A stretch of DNA of 42,549 nucleotides, taken from a virus. The stretch spans positions 1 to 42,549 of IMG/VR virus record IMGVR_UViG_3300045988_052165, one strand, 5' to 3'. Of the stretch, positions 31,807 to 39,107 are shown piece by piece. Below the pieces are notes generated by a model. It saw nothing but the letters and a program-made list of their open reading frames with translations. It ran no database searches and was not told the origin of the DNA. Made by a program: the position numbers and the translations under genes. The stretch's first letter is position 1, and each line of letters starts with the position of its first letter.

Positions 31807-32744
31807 TAAATATTCTCCTTTTTGAACCGGAAAGTTCTGCTTTCCGAAGATTTGAAATAGTTCTGTGGGATTTCTCCATGGTCTTTCTCCCACTTCTTTC
31901 TATCGAATGTGGAGCGCTTCTGCGTCTTCCATATGACGCTGTAACTCCCGTATCCGCCCCGCTCGGCGGTTCCCATGGCCTCCATGATACGCGCCTGAGC
32001 GGTTGCTTTCTTTTCTTCCAGCGCCTTGATCTGCTGGCTGCATTCGTCCATGATCGCCAAATCAACGGCGCAGCCGGTCAAATCCATTTCGGTGCCCGGA
32101 TCGCTGGCCGGGAACTCTGCGTTCAGGGCGTCAATGGTGGAATCCATGCCGTCAATGGCCGGGGGCGTTTCGCTCTGTACGTTCTCCCAGAAGCTTTCTT
32201 CCGCCTCTTTCAGGGCTTCCAGCTCTGCCTCGTCCCGCTCTATGACAAACACCTTGAAGTCAATGCCCAGAACCAGAACCGCCAGATACCAGCGATCAAG
32301 ACCGGACACAAGAAGGTAATGGCAGCATTGCGCGTAGTAAGTAGCCGGGAACTCACCGTTCTTGAATTTGCTCAAGTGGAGCGCATTCGTGGTCTTGATT
32401 TCTAATCCCGCCCGTTCCCCAATGACCAGCCGGTCGTAGTTGGCGTGGGCGTATGGCATATCGTCCCGGAATACGGTGTAGTTCTCCCGGCGCACCTTTT
32501 TCCCGGTAGCTTCTGTGAACCGCTTTGCTACGTATTCCTCCAAGTCCGTGCCAAGGCGTACCGCCTCTTTCTGGGAAATATCCTCCGGGATGACCTTCCC
32601 GGTTTTCTCCGCCCACAAGGCATACGGCGACTTGTAGGGGTTCAGCCCCAGAATGGCGGCGGCATCCGAACCACCAATGGTGGTAGAGCGCAGCGCTGTC
32701 CATTCCTCCTTGCTCATGGTCGCGGTTGGAATTTTCCGTATCAT
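31806..32744 (-). CDS. YqaJ-type (lambda-exonuclease-like) recombination exonuclease
   Basis: 312 aa with EWTALRSTTIGGSDAAAILGLNPYKSPYALWAEKTG, directly upstream of recT. Confidence 0.8.
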   Translation of the reverse strand: MIRKIPTATMSKEEWTALRSTTIGGSDAAAILGLNPYKSPYALWAEKTGKVIPEDISQKEAVRLGTDLEEYVAKRFTEATGKKVRRENYTVFRDDMPYAHANYDRLVIGERAGLEIKTTNALHLSKFKNGEFPATYYAQCCHYLLVSGLDRWYLAVLVLGIDFKVFVIERDEAELEALKEAEESFWENVQSETPPAIDGMDSTIDALNAEFPASDPGTEMDLTGCAVDLAIMDECSQQIKALEEKKATAQARIMEAMGTAERGGYGSYSVIWKTQKRSTFDRKKWEKDHGEIPQNYFKSSESRTFRFKKENI

Positions 32745-33118
32745 TCTTCATCCTCCTGCAACGGCTCAAACCGTTTTATAGCGATGCCGCCCTTGTATGG
32801 ATAGCATCGGAACGCCGTTTCTTCCGGAACTATTCCGGTAAGGCTGGTAACGGAAAGAGTTGCCGTATGGCTTGAGTTTTTTGAGAATGTGTTGTGCGAT
32901 TCGCGATCGGATGGCAGAAATACGATAAAACGACTGCTCATTTTAACTTGGACTCGTTCTGCATCCGCCATCATCGGCACAGCTAATTTATTAAAATACG
33001 CTACAAGAACGGAGGATGCCCGGTAAAAGTAAACTGCTGGGAAATTAAATCTCAGTTTTTTACCAGGAATGACTTCTTCAAACATTTCGGATTCGTCGAT
33101 GAAAATATCATCCTCCAT
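32741..33118 (-). CDS. Hypothetical protein
   Basis: 125 aa, coupled to both neighbours, in a patch that looks AT-richer by eye. Confidence 0.55.
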   Translation of the reverse strand: MEDDIFIDESEMFEEVIPGKKLRFNFPAVYFYRASSVLVAYFNKLAVPMMADAERVQVKMSSRFIVFLPSDRESHNTFSKNSSHTATLSVTSLTGIVPEETAFRCYPYKGGIAIKRFEPLQEDEE

Positions 33119-33330
33119 CAGTCTACCTCCGCGGCTTCGTTAATTTCGGTCATTGCGCCAACACAATCCAGGCAGTAGAACTCATCGTGCGCCGGGATAT
33201 ATACCAGTTTGCTGTCTGTGATGGGATATCCGCACCTGGCACACTTCGGGAGTACCGATTCCCGAAAGTCGGCATCCGCCGCCAACTGTTCAGCCTGCCG
33301 CCACGGCTCCATGCTATCAAAAACGTCCAT
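33118..33330 (-). CDS. Small zinc-ribbon protein
   Basis: 70 aa from ATG 33330: CARCGYPI...YCLDC. Confidence 0.5.
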   Translation of the reverse strand: MDVFDSMEPWRQAEQLAADADFRESVLPKCARCGYPITDSKLVYIPAHDEFYCLDCVGAMTEINEAAEVD

Positions 33331-33432
33331 TGACTTTCCTTTCTCAGTTTGATATACTGTGAATGCGACTATGTTCGTTATCTCTGTGTCTTGCCGTCCC
33401 CGGTGCTGTAACATCGGGGGCGGCTTTTTCTA

Positions 33433-34164
33433 TCAAAGAACAACCACGACATGCCCGCTCTGAATTTCGGATTCCAGCGCCTTTTCCAAGTATTTCTTTA
33501 CCGTATTCCGGGCGGAAAGCTTCCACATGCCACCGTCGGCTTCAATGAAAGAAATGTTTCTTTCGTTGATACGAATGAGAAATTGAGATTCCGGCTGCTC
33601 AACCTCCTGGAACGTGCGGTAAGGCCGTAGCTTGATAATGGGTCGGATGGACGCATTGGATTGAAGGTCGATGCCCTTCTTGGTGACAACGCTGGTAGCA
33701 ACGCCATTGTCGTTGTACGTGACTTTGCTCCCAGTGGTGATATCGGATAGCAGTTTCAAGGCATACTCCGTATCCGCCGTGGGCTGGAATCTTGTGCGCA
33801 GAGCGATCAATGCCTCTTCAAACGGCAAGGATACCTTCTCATTCCAGCCGGGAACATCGGTCGCATTGGCAGTATACGGGTACTCGCGGTTGTTACGCAG
33901 CTCCGCAGATGGGTGGGTGAAGCACTTTACCGTTTTGTGATCGGGAATCGTGATATAAACGGTGCTGTACCTCTGTACCGCCTCCGTTTTTACAAACGCC
34001 ACCATGGCGTCGAGGCTGGAAAGCTGGATATTATCTACAATTTCCAGATCAGGCTTCACCTCGGCATAGCCGCCTTCTGCGTCCGCAATAAAATCATGGT
34101 TCCCGGACGTGAACAGGTGCGGCGCACATAGTTCCTGAATTTTTTCGATTGCTTCTTTCAACAT
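33433..34164 (-). CDS. Hypothetical protein of the recombination/early module
   Basis: 243 aa from ATG 34164 (GGAGGAaaaacaATG). The track ORF carries an R/G-rich N-extension overlapping the upstream gene. It contains LRPYRTFQEVEQPESQFLIRI. Confidence 0.6.
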   Translation of the reverse strand: MLKEAIEKIQELCAPHLFTSGNHDFIADAEGGYAEVKPDLEIVDNIQLSSLDAMVAFVKTEAVQRYSTVYITIPDHKTVKCFTHPSAELRNNREYPYTANATDVPGWNEKVSLPFEEALIALRTRFQPTADTEYALKLLSDITTGSKVTYNDNGVATSVVTKKGIDLQSNASIRPIIKLRPYRTFQEVEQPESQFLIRINERNISFIEADGGMWKLSARNTVKKYLEKALESEIQSGHVVVVL

Positions 34165-34178
34165 TGTTTTTCCTCCTA

Positions 34179-34544
34179 TCAGGCCATTTTGATTATTTTC
34201 AGAGACGCGGGGGCTTCCTGCTCTTCTCCGTCCATGGACATCTGCCCTGGAACTTGTGGCACCATTTCGACAACCTGACACTCTCCAGTGCTGTCATCCC
34301 CAGCAACCCAAAGGGTTGTTCTCGCGGGCGTAGTAGGCGCAAGCGCTGATTTTACCGCAACGCTGACGCCGATGTTCTGCCGATCATCGTCCGGTGTAAA
34401 CTCGATTGTGAGCGTCAGCTTTCGTTTCTGCGTCGGTTTGGTGTTGGGGTCAAGGATATTATCAATGACTTTCGCCATCTCCAAATCCACGCGCTCCTGA
34501 AACGCGCCCCTTGCCATCTGCAAAATTGATTTTGGATCGTACAT
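34179..34544 (-). CDS. Hypothetical protein
   Basis: 121 aa with SD AACAGGAGGAtttctaATG. Confidence 0.6.
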   Translation of the reverse strand: MYDPKSILQMARGAFQERVDLEMAKVIDNILDPNTKPTQKRKLTLTIEFTPDDDRQNIGVSVAVKSALAPTTPARTTLWVAGDDSTGECQVVEMVPQVPGQMSMDGEEQEAPASLKIIKMA

Positions 34545-34577
34545 TAGAAATCCTCCTGTTTTTAAGATGTGTATCCT

Positions 34578-34811
34578 TTATCGTCCTCTGATGCACCGTC
34601 CGATACCGGCACCCATCAGGATGGCGCACACCCACATTGCGGGAACTGCCGCCTTGTCTGCCAGCAAATCGGCCTGCTGCCACCAGAAAAGCACCAGATT
34701 CAGCCCCGCATAGGGGAGAACACGGAAAACACATTCCTTGATATTGAACGGCTTCCGGTTCTCCGGCACCGGTTCCCACCGGGCATCCACGGGATTGTTC
34801 CTGCTCGCCAT
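34578..34811 (-). CDS. Small membrane protein
   Basis: 77 aa from ATG 34811 (AGGAGGTGaacgatATG), with two hydrophobic segments (LNLVLFWW.., VPAMWVCAILMGAGIG). Confidence 0.55.
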   Translation of the reverse strand: MASRNNPVDARWEPVPENRKPFNIKECVFRVLPYAGLNLVLFWWQQADLLADKAAVPAMWVCAILMGAGIGRCIRGR

Positions 34812-34816
34812 ATCGT

Positions 34817-34993
34817 TCACCTCCTGTCGTGGTTTTTATGGACTACGGCGAAAAGCTCCACGTTCTCATCATCAAACGCCGTGCGTTCCTTCGATTCCAG
34901 CAAAAGGAATTCCCGCAAATGCTCATTTTCCCGGCGCAACCGGCGGTTCATCTCCGCCATGGTGCGAAGCTGGGCAACCTCGTTCGGCATCAT
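34817..34993 (-). CDS. Small coiled-coil hypothetical protein (58 aa, below the ORF-track cutoff)
   Basis: MMPNEVAQLRTMAEMNRRLRRENEHLREFLLLESKERTAFDDENVELFAVVHKNHDRR, with AAGGAGAAatccaaATG. Its ATG overlaps the upstream TGA, and it fills the 34820-34990 gap. Confidence 0.5.
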   Translation of the reverse strand: MMPNEVAQLRTMAEMNRRLRRENEHLREFLLLESKERTAFDDENVELFAVVHKNHDRR

Positions 34994-35616
34994 TTGGATT
35001 TCTCCTTGTAGGGGCGAACCTCACTCGGGGAAAGCACTTGAGTTATGCCATCTTCATTAACCAAACCGAAATTTCCGGTCTTGAAGATCTTTACCAACAC
35101 AACGATTTCACCGACATTGAAGCAATGACCATACGTACCGTCTTTTACCGTGACAACGAACTTGTCCCCCATCTTCGGCTTGCTCTCCTTTGGCTTGTCC
35201 TCCTTGCGCTTCTTCTCAAAAAGCCGCTCAACGGCGACCCTTGCGCCCTCCGCTCTACTATAGGTATCCTTCGGATTGCACCGGGCTTCTGCGGTCTTCA
35301 CGTCCCGCCCGCCCCGTTTCAGCGTGGCCGTGGTAATCATCCCGTCAAAGCGGAGTTCCACGGTGTAGGGTTCCCGCTCAGGCTCTGCAAGGCCGGAAAT
35401 CCAGCTTTCTTTGAATGCCCATGAGGAGCCAGCACAAATACCATGCTCAGTGATTGCCCCCTCGAGAAAGTATAAAGTTCCTAAGTACGGATGCCACTTC
35501 ACCATGTTTATGGTCAATGTTTTACCGAGGTATTTTCCCATGTCGTCAGCGTAGCACCAATCTTTTGGCCGCTCACTCACAATCCGCACCTTATCCCCCA
35601 CTTTGTATTTCGCCAT
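34990..35616 (-). CDS. Hypothetical protein
   Basis: 208 aa with two short 'KxGDKxxV' modules at the N- and C-termini. Confidence 0.6.
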   Translation of the reverse strand: MAKYKVGDKVRIVSERPKDWCYADDMGKYLGKTLTINMVKWHPYLGTLYFLEGAITEHGICAGSSWAFKESWISGLAEPEREPYTVELRFDGMITTATLKRGGRDVKTAEARCNPKDTYSRAEGARVAVERLFEKKRKEDKPKESKPKMGDKFVVTVKDGTYGHCFNVGEIVVLVKIFKTGNFGLVNEDGITQVLSPSEVRPYKEKSK

Positions 35617-35661
35617 AAATAACTCCTTTCAAAAGTTCGGCATTCTGCCGTAGATTTCAAA

Positions 35662-35952
35662 TCACTGCCATTCCCTTGCGAATTCCCGTATCTCCTTCTC
35701 AGAGTACCCCAGGGTTTTCAGGATCACCGCCGGGTTTGGGTGGAGGGTGGTCACCAGCTTCCGAAGGACGCTTACCCGCATTTCGGCTTTTCCTTTCTGG
35801 TAGTTCAGCAGGTTTTGGTACCCCTCGCCGATTCTTTTCCCAAGCGCCGACGCATTATCGCTCTGAATCCCCGCCAGGGGACAGCAGCGGTCAATTTCTT
35901 TCCAGAAATCCTCCACTGCGTAGCGCTCGGCATACTGCCGGATTCTGGGCAT
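35662..35952 (-). CDS. Putative HTH DNA-binding protein, first gene of the long minus-strand early block
   Basis: 96 aa from ATG 35952 (GGAG + 9 nt). The track start at 35961 is a TTG. The assignment as HTH is weak. Confidence 0.5.
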   Translation of the reverse strand: MPRIRQYAERYAVEDFWKEIDRCCPLAGIQSDNASALGKRIGEGYQNLLNYQKGKAEMRVSVLRKLVTTLHPNPAVILKTLGYSEKEIREFAREWQ

Positions 35953-35993
35953 TGGGTTCAACTCCTTTCAGTTCATAAATTTTTCAAAATTTG

Positions 35994-36021
35994 TTGATTT
36001 TTGCTTTGGCTGTGGTATGAT
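35994..36021 (+). promoter_or_regulatory. Plus-strand promoter (extended -10)
   Basis: TTGATT (35994-99), a 16-nt spacer, then TGgTATGAT (36013-21). Confidence 0.55.
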
Positions 36022-36053
36022 GGTTGTGAAACTGACGAAAAAGGATGATCGCT

Positions 36054-36452
36054 ATGGATTACACTTCTGAGCAATACGCCCTCATGGAGCGTCTGGAAAG
36101 CGGTCTTCTGTACCAGAACCTGACAGAGAAGGAACAGGAGATACTCCGCTATCTGGACGAATCCTCCCTTACCCAGCCACGGGCGTACATAGAGGATGGA
36201 TACTACGAGCTGAGCCAGGAAGGTCAGCGCACGTTAGATGCCCACCGGCAAGAACAGCTTTCGCTACAGCAGCAGTCCCAGGAAAAAGCGCGTGACAAGG
36301 CCGAGCAGAAAGCCGATAAGCACAGCGACCGTGTCTTTCAGGTGTTTCTTGTTTTTCTCGGATATGCCCTTGGGCTTATAACGCCGTCCCTGCTCAAAGT
36401 GGTCCCCGTAATTTGGAGCCATATTTGCCGGATCGTGGCCTCTTGGAAATGA
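36054..36452 (+). CDS. Hypothetical protein with C-terminal hydrophobic segment
   Basis: 132 aa from ATG 36054: MDYTSEQYALMERLESGLLYQNLTEKEQEILRYL..., a Q/E-rich helix, then VFQVFLVFLGYALGLITPSLL. Its 3' half overlaps the minus-strand gene 36264..36464. Confidence 0.55.
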   Translation: MDYTSEQYALMERLESGLLYQNLTEKEQEILRYLDESSLTQPRAYIEDGYYELSQEGQRTLDAHRQEQLSLQQQSQEKARDKAEQKADKHSDRVFQVFLVFLGYALGLITPSLLKVVPVIWSHICRIVASWK

Positions 36453-36464
36453 GGGCTTGTCCAT
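36264..36464 (-). CDS. Small C-terminally membrane-anchored protein, fully antisense to 36054..36452
   Basis: 66 aa from ATG 36464 with a near-perfect SD (GAAGGAGGTGAgacgATG). The product is MDKPSFPRGHDPANMAPNYGDHFEQGRRYKPKGISEKNKKHLKDTVAVLIGFLLGLVTRFFLGLLL, with G/C-ending codons. Confidence 0.55.
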   Translation of the reverse strand: MDKPSFPRGHDPANMAPNYGDHFEQGRRYKPKGISEKNKKHLKDTVAVLIGFLLGLVTRFFLGLLL

Positions 36465-36509
36465 CGTCTCACCTCCTTCTAGGCTTGTCCCATTAAGATT
36501 CACCTTCCG

Positions 36510-36809
36510 CTAAGACGAGGACGCATTGGAAATGATCTCGTTAACAGCGGTTTTGAACTGTTCCTCTGCCCCCTTCGGTTCCCTGTGTCCATTCAGGATC
36601 ACCGTCAATCCATTGGCGCAGGCCTTGAGGAATGCTTCCCGGTCAAGCTCTGCGTACCATTTGATTCGGCTCATGGCTTCTTCCAGCATTCCCTGCTGCG
36701 AGAGCCAGCCCAGATCGTGCAGAATCCATGCTGAAAACTCCAATGCCTCCGGGTCGAGCTTTTCTACGGTGCTATTCTCAATTGTCGCGTGGAATATTTT
36801 TTCCGTCAT
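36510..36809 (-). CDS. Hypothetical protein
   Basis: 99 aa. The SD is AAGGGGGTGAgacgATG, the same GGTGAGACGATG leader as the next gene. Confidence 0.6.
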   Translation of the reverse strand: MTEKIFHATIENSTVEKLDPEALEFSAWILHDLGWLSQQGMLEEAMSRIKWYAELDREAFLKACANGLTVILNGHREPKGAEEQFKTAVNEIISNASSS

Positions 36810-36851
36810 CGTCTCACCCCCTTATTTTCACTTTGAAAGGAAAATCGCTAT

Positions 36852-37502
36852 ATGGAAGTCTGGAATATTTTTTCTGCCTTTTCGCTGCTCTTTTGCGCAC
36901 TGTTTTTCTTCTCTTTCGTGCTGGACTTGATTAAGCTGGTAATCAATGGATTCAGGCACAAGCCGTACAAGATAAAGGCTGTAGAACTTTTCAATGAACC
37001 GGAAGACTGGCGCATATCTGTGCTTCTCGGTGTGATGTTCTTGGTTGGCATGTACACTATAATCGCATGGCACGGAGACACCCGCGCAAGGGAAACTGCC
37101 ACGGAGTACGAATACCTTCTGGAGGAAGCCCAAGCACAGACACCGGAAATGATCGAGTGCGACTACTGTTACGAGCCGTTCCCGGCGGAGTATGCCTATA
37201 CTGTCAAAAACAGCAAGGACACAATTTGCCCGGACTGCCTTTCCAGATCTTTTGACGAGATCATGTCCTCTGAGGTCGGCAAGTGCTACAGCTGCGGTAA
37301 CTTCTTTTATGAGATCGATTCATACGGATACGGTCTTTGCGAAAAATGCGCGCAAGATGAATTGACGGATTGTGACAGCTGCGGCGAGATGACCTACCCG
37401 TGGGGCTCTGATTCCGGGTACACGCTTTGCCCCAGATGTATCGGGCAGGTGTATAACGATCCGCGCATCGCCAGAGCCATTGAAAGATGGTTTGAGGAAT
37501 AG
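36852..37502 (+). CDS. Membrane protein (2 TM) with cytoplasmic multi-zinc-ribbon domain
   Basis: 216 aa. TM segments are IFSAFSLLFCALFFFSFVL and ISVLLGVMFLVGMYTIIAW, followed by four to five CxxC pairs (CDYCY, CPDC, CYSCG, CEKC, CDSCG, CPRC). Confidence 0.65.
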   Translation: MEVWNIFSAFSLLFCALFFFSFVLDLIKLVINGFRHKPYKIKAVELFNEPEDWRISVLLGVMFLVGMYTIIAWHGDTRARETATEYEYLLEEAQAQTPEMIECDYCYEPFPAEYAYTVKNSKDTICPDCLSRSFDEIMSSEVGKCYSCGNFFYEIDSYGYGLCEKCAQDELTDCDSCGEMTYPWGSDSGYTLCPRCIGQVYNDPRIARAIERWFEE

Positions 37503-37559
37503 GCCTCCTTTCGCCCCTCTCTATTGATTGATTAAAATGAAAGGTGTACAATAAATCTT

Positions 37560-37813
37560 GATACGGCGCAGGTGAAATTTCATGGAGGACAAAATGGACG
37601 GTGTAAAGCAATACCCAGTAAGTGTTTATTGCCCGATCAGTCATGTGGATGAATGGGTGTTTTTCCGAGAGGTATCAACAGATGAAGGATATCGCGCTCG
37701 TTTTGATGGATGCGACCATCAATTCAGCAAATGCGAGGAATGCGATGCCTGTGAAAAAGAGGCGTATCAAAAACTAATCAGCAGCGTTAAATAACCATCC
37801 TCTGCGCCGTATC
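37560..37813. repeat. 12-bp perfect inverted repeat (GATACGGCGCAG / CTGCGCCGTATC) bracketing one small gene
   Basis: The left arm is 37560-37571 and the right arm 37802-37813. Together they enclose the ORF 37594..37794. Confidence 0.8.
37594..37794 (+). CDS. Small Cys-rich hypothetical protein
   Basis: 66 aa from ATG 37594 (GGAGGacaaaATG): MDGVKQYPVSVYCPISHVDEW..GCDHQFSKCEECDACEKEAY. Confidence 0.55.
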   Translation: MDGVKQYPVSVYCPISHVDEWVFFREVSTDEGYRARFDGCDHQFSKCEECDACEKEAYQKLISSVK

Positions 37814-38008
37814 TCACTTTCTAGCTATTTCTTCCACACAAGCCAGAGCAAATTTCAACGCCTGATATAGCATATCGGCATCCGGGTTGATCTTCCCGCG
37901 CGCTTTTTCTTCACCGTTCTCACCGAGCAGTATCATTTCCTCCTTGTGCATCCGTTCACGATGTCGAATTGTTGCTTGTAGAACATCCGCGCATTCTTTC
38001 GCGTCCAT
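37814..38008 (-). CDS. Small hypothetical protein downstream of the Cro-like gene
   Basis: 64 aa with SD AAGGAGGTGAgaaaATG. Confidence 0.55.
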   Translation of the reverse strand: MDAKECADVLQATIRHRERMHKEEMILLGENGEEKARGKINPDADMLYQALKFALACVEEIARK

Positions 38009-38030
38009 TTTCTCACCTCCTTCTTAGCGT

Positions 38031-38046
38031 GTCCCATTTTTGGGAC
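38031..38046. promoter_or_regulatory. Perfect 16-bp palindrome GTCCCATTTTTGGGAC (operator-type site)
   Basis: It lies between the Cro-like stop (38049) and the SD of the next gene. The same sequence recurs with one mismatch at 38269-38284 in the switch region. Confidence 0.6.
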
Positions 38047-38048
38047 GA

Positions 38049-38252
38049 TTAGTGTAAAAAAATAAGTGCCTTTTCTGCCGGGTCGGTAATGCCTAGCTTC
38101 TCGCATATAGCCTCTATCTCGATAGTGTTAAACGGAATCTTCCCGTTCACCTTGGAATTCAATGTGTTTTTGGACATACCGATTTCCAGAGCCAGAGACC
38201 GCTGAGTAAATCCCGCTTCTACAATCTTCCCTTTTAACTTGTTCGTCGACAT
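38049..38252 (-). CDS. Cro-like XRE-family HTH repressor
   Basis: 67 aa (GFTQRSLALEIGMSKNTLNSKVNG), divergent from the CI-like gene. Confidence 0.8.
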   Translation of the reverse strand: MSTNKLKGKIVEAGFTQRSLALEIGMSKNTLNSKVNGKIPFNTIEIEAICEKLGITDPAEKALIFLH

Positions 38253-38268
38253 GCTTTGCCCTCCTTCC

Positions 38269-38389
38269 GTCTCATTTTTGGGACGCCTTTATACTATCAC
38301 GCTTCTTTTCATTTGTCAACCCAAAATTGGGACAATTTTGAAAAATTTTTTGTTCCGGTATTGCAATTTTGGGATAGCCGTGTTATTCT
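38269..38389. promoter_or_regulatory. Genetic-switch region: divergent promoters plus three operator-like sites
   Basis: The minus-strand promoter is TTGACA (38319-14), 17 nt, TAGTAT (38296-91). The plus-strand promoter is TTGCAA (38361-66), 17 nt, TATTCT (38384-89). Operator-like sites are 38269-84 (15/16 to the palindrome) and 38318-33 and 38360-75 (11/16 each, hand count), all sharing TTGGGA. Confidence 0.65.
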
Positions 38390-38412
38390 ATACGCAGAAG
38401 GGAGGTGCCATT

Positions 38413-38757
38413 ATGAGCGATATTTCAAAGAGAATCCTAGAAACGATAACTTGCAAGGATATCTCCTATGGCGATTTATCGGATAAAACAGGTATTCCAA
38501 AGTCTGCTTTACAGCGGTATGCTACCGGGCAGACAGAGAAGATTCCGATTGATCGACTCGAAAAAATTGCAAGCGCAATCGGCGTAACGACATCATTTCT
38601 TATGGGTTGGGACAGTGCCGGCAAAAAAGAACAGCCCCCCAGAGGGGAGCTGTCTGACGTAAAAGCGCGGCTTATTCAATATGTGTATCCTTTAACAGAC
38701 GAACAGGCAGCCCTTGCGCTTCGAGTTTTGAAATCAATTCTGGAAGACGCTGAATGA
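38413..38757 (+). CDS. CI-like XRE-family HTH repressor
   Basis: 114 aa from ATG 38413 (GGAGGTGccattATG), with ISYGDLSDKTGIPKSALQRYATGQ and a C-terminal dimerisation-like helix. Confidence 0.8.
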   Translation: MSDISKRILETITCKDISYGDLSDKTGIPKSALQRYATGQTEKIPIDRLEKIASAIGVTTSFLMGWDSAGKKEQPPRGELSDVKARLIQYVYPLTDEQAALALRVLKSILEDAE

Positions 38758-38821
38758 TTTTCTTCATGTCTGCTTCTGTCAAATTGGATATGTACCGGAT
38801 CAGTTCTTCTCTTTCCTTCAT
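38672..38821 (-). CDS. Small ORF convergent with, and overlapping, the 3' end of the CI-like gene
   Basis: 49 aa from ATG 38821 (GGAGGGAGaaagcATG): MKEREELIRYISNLTEADMKKIIQRLPELISKLEAQGLPVRLLKDTHIE. It overlaps 38672-38757 of the repressor gene. Confidence 0.4.
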   Translation of the reverse strand: MKEREELIRYISNLTEADMKKIIQRLPELISKLEAQGLPVRLLKDTHIE

Positions 38822-39107
38822 GCTTTCTCCCTCCATTATGTATTTATAAACGTTTGTTTGATTACGTAGCGTATAATAGCACGTCATGTGTCCAATAAAA
38901 CGGACTAATTAGGGGCTTGCGAAAAAATTTTGAATTGCCCCGCCACCCGTGCCACAAGGTGACGGGGCTTTGCCGCCGGAATGGTGTGTCCCTTGCCGGT
39001 TGCAATATCACCATAGCATTTTCAGCTATAGAAAGTAAACCACACATCTGATTCCGCCGGAATCAAATGTGAACAATCCAGTATCAAATTTAATAGGAGG
39101 GCGAATT

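Noticed and set aside
38862-39047. The 61-aa minus-strand ORF between the repressor region and the membrane-HTH gene.
   Set aside because: It has no SD and an implausible sequence, and it lies in what looks like the intergenic/leader region of the plus-strand lysogeny operon.
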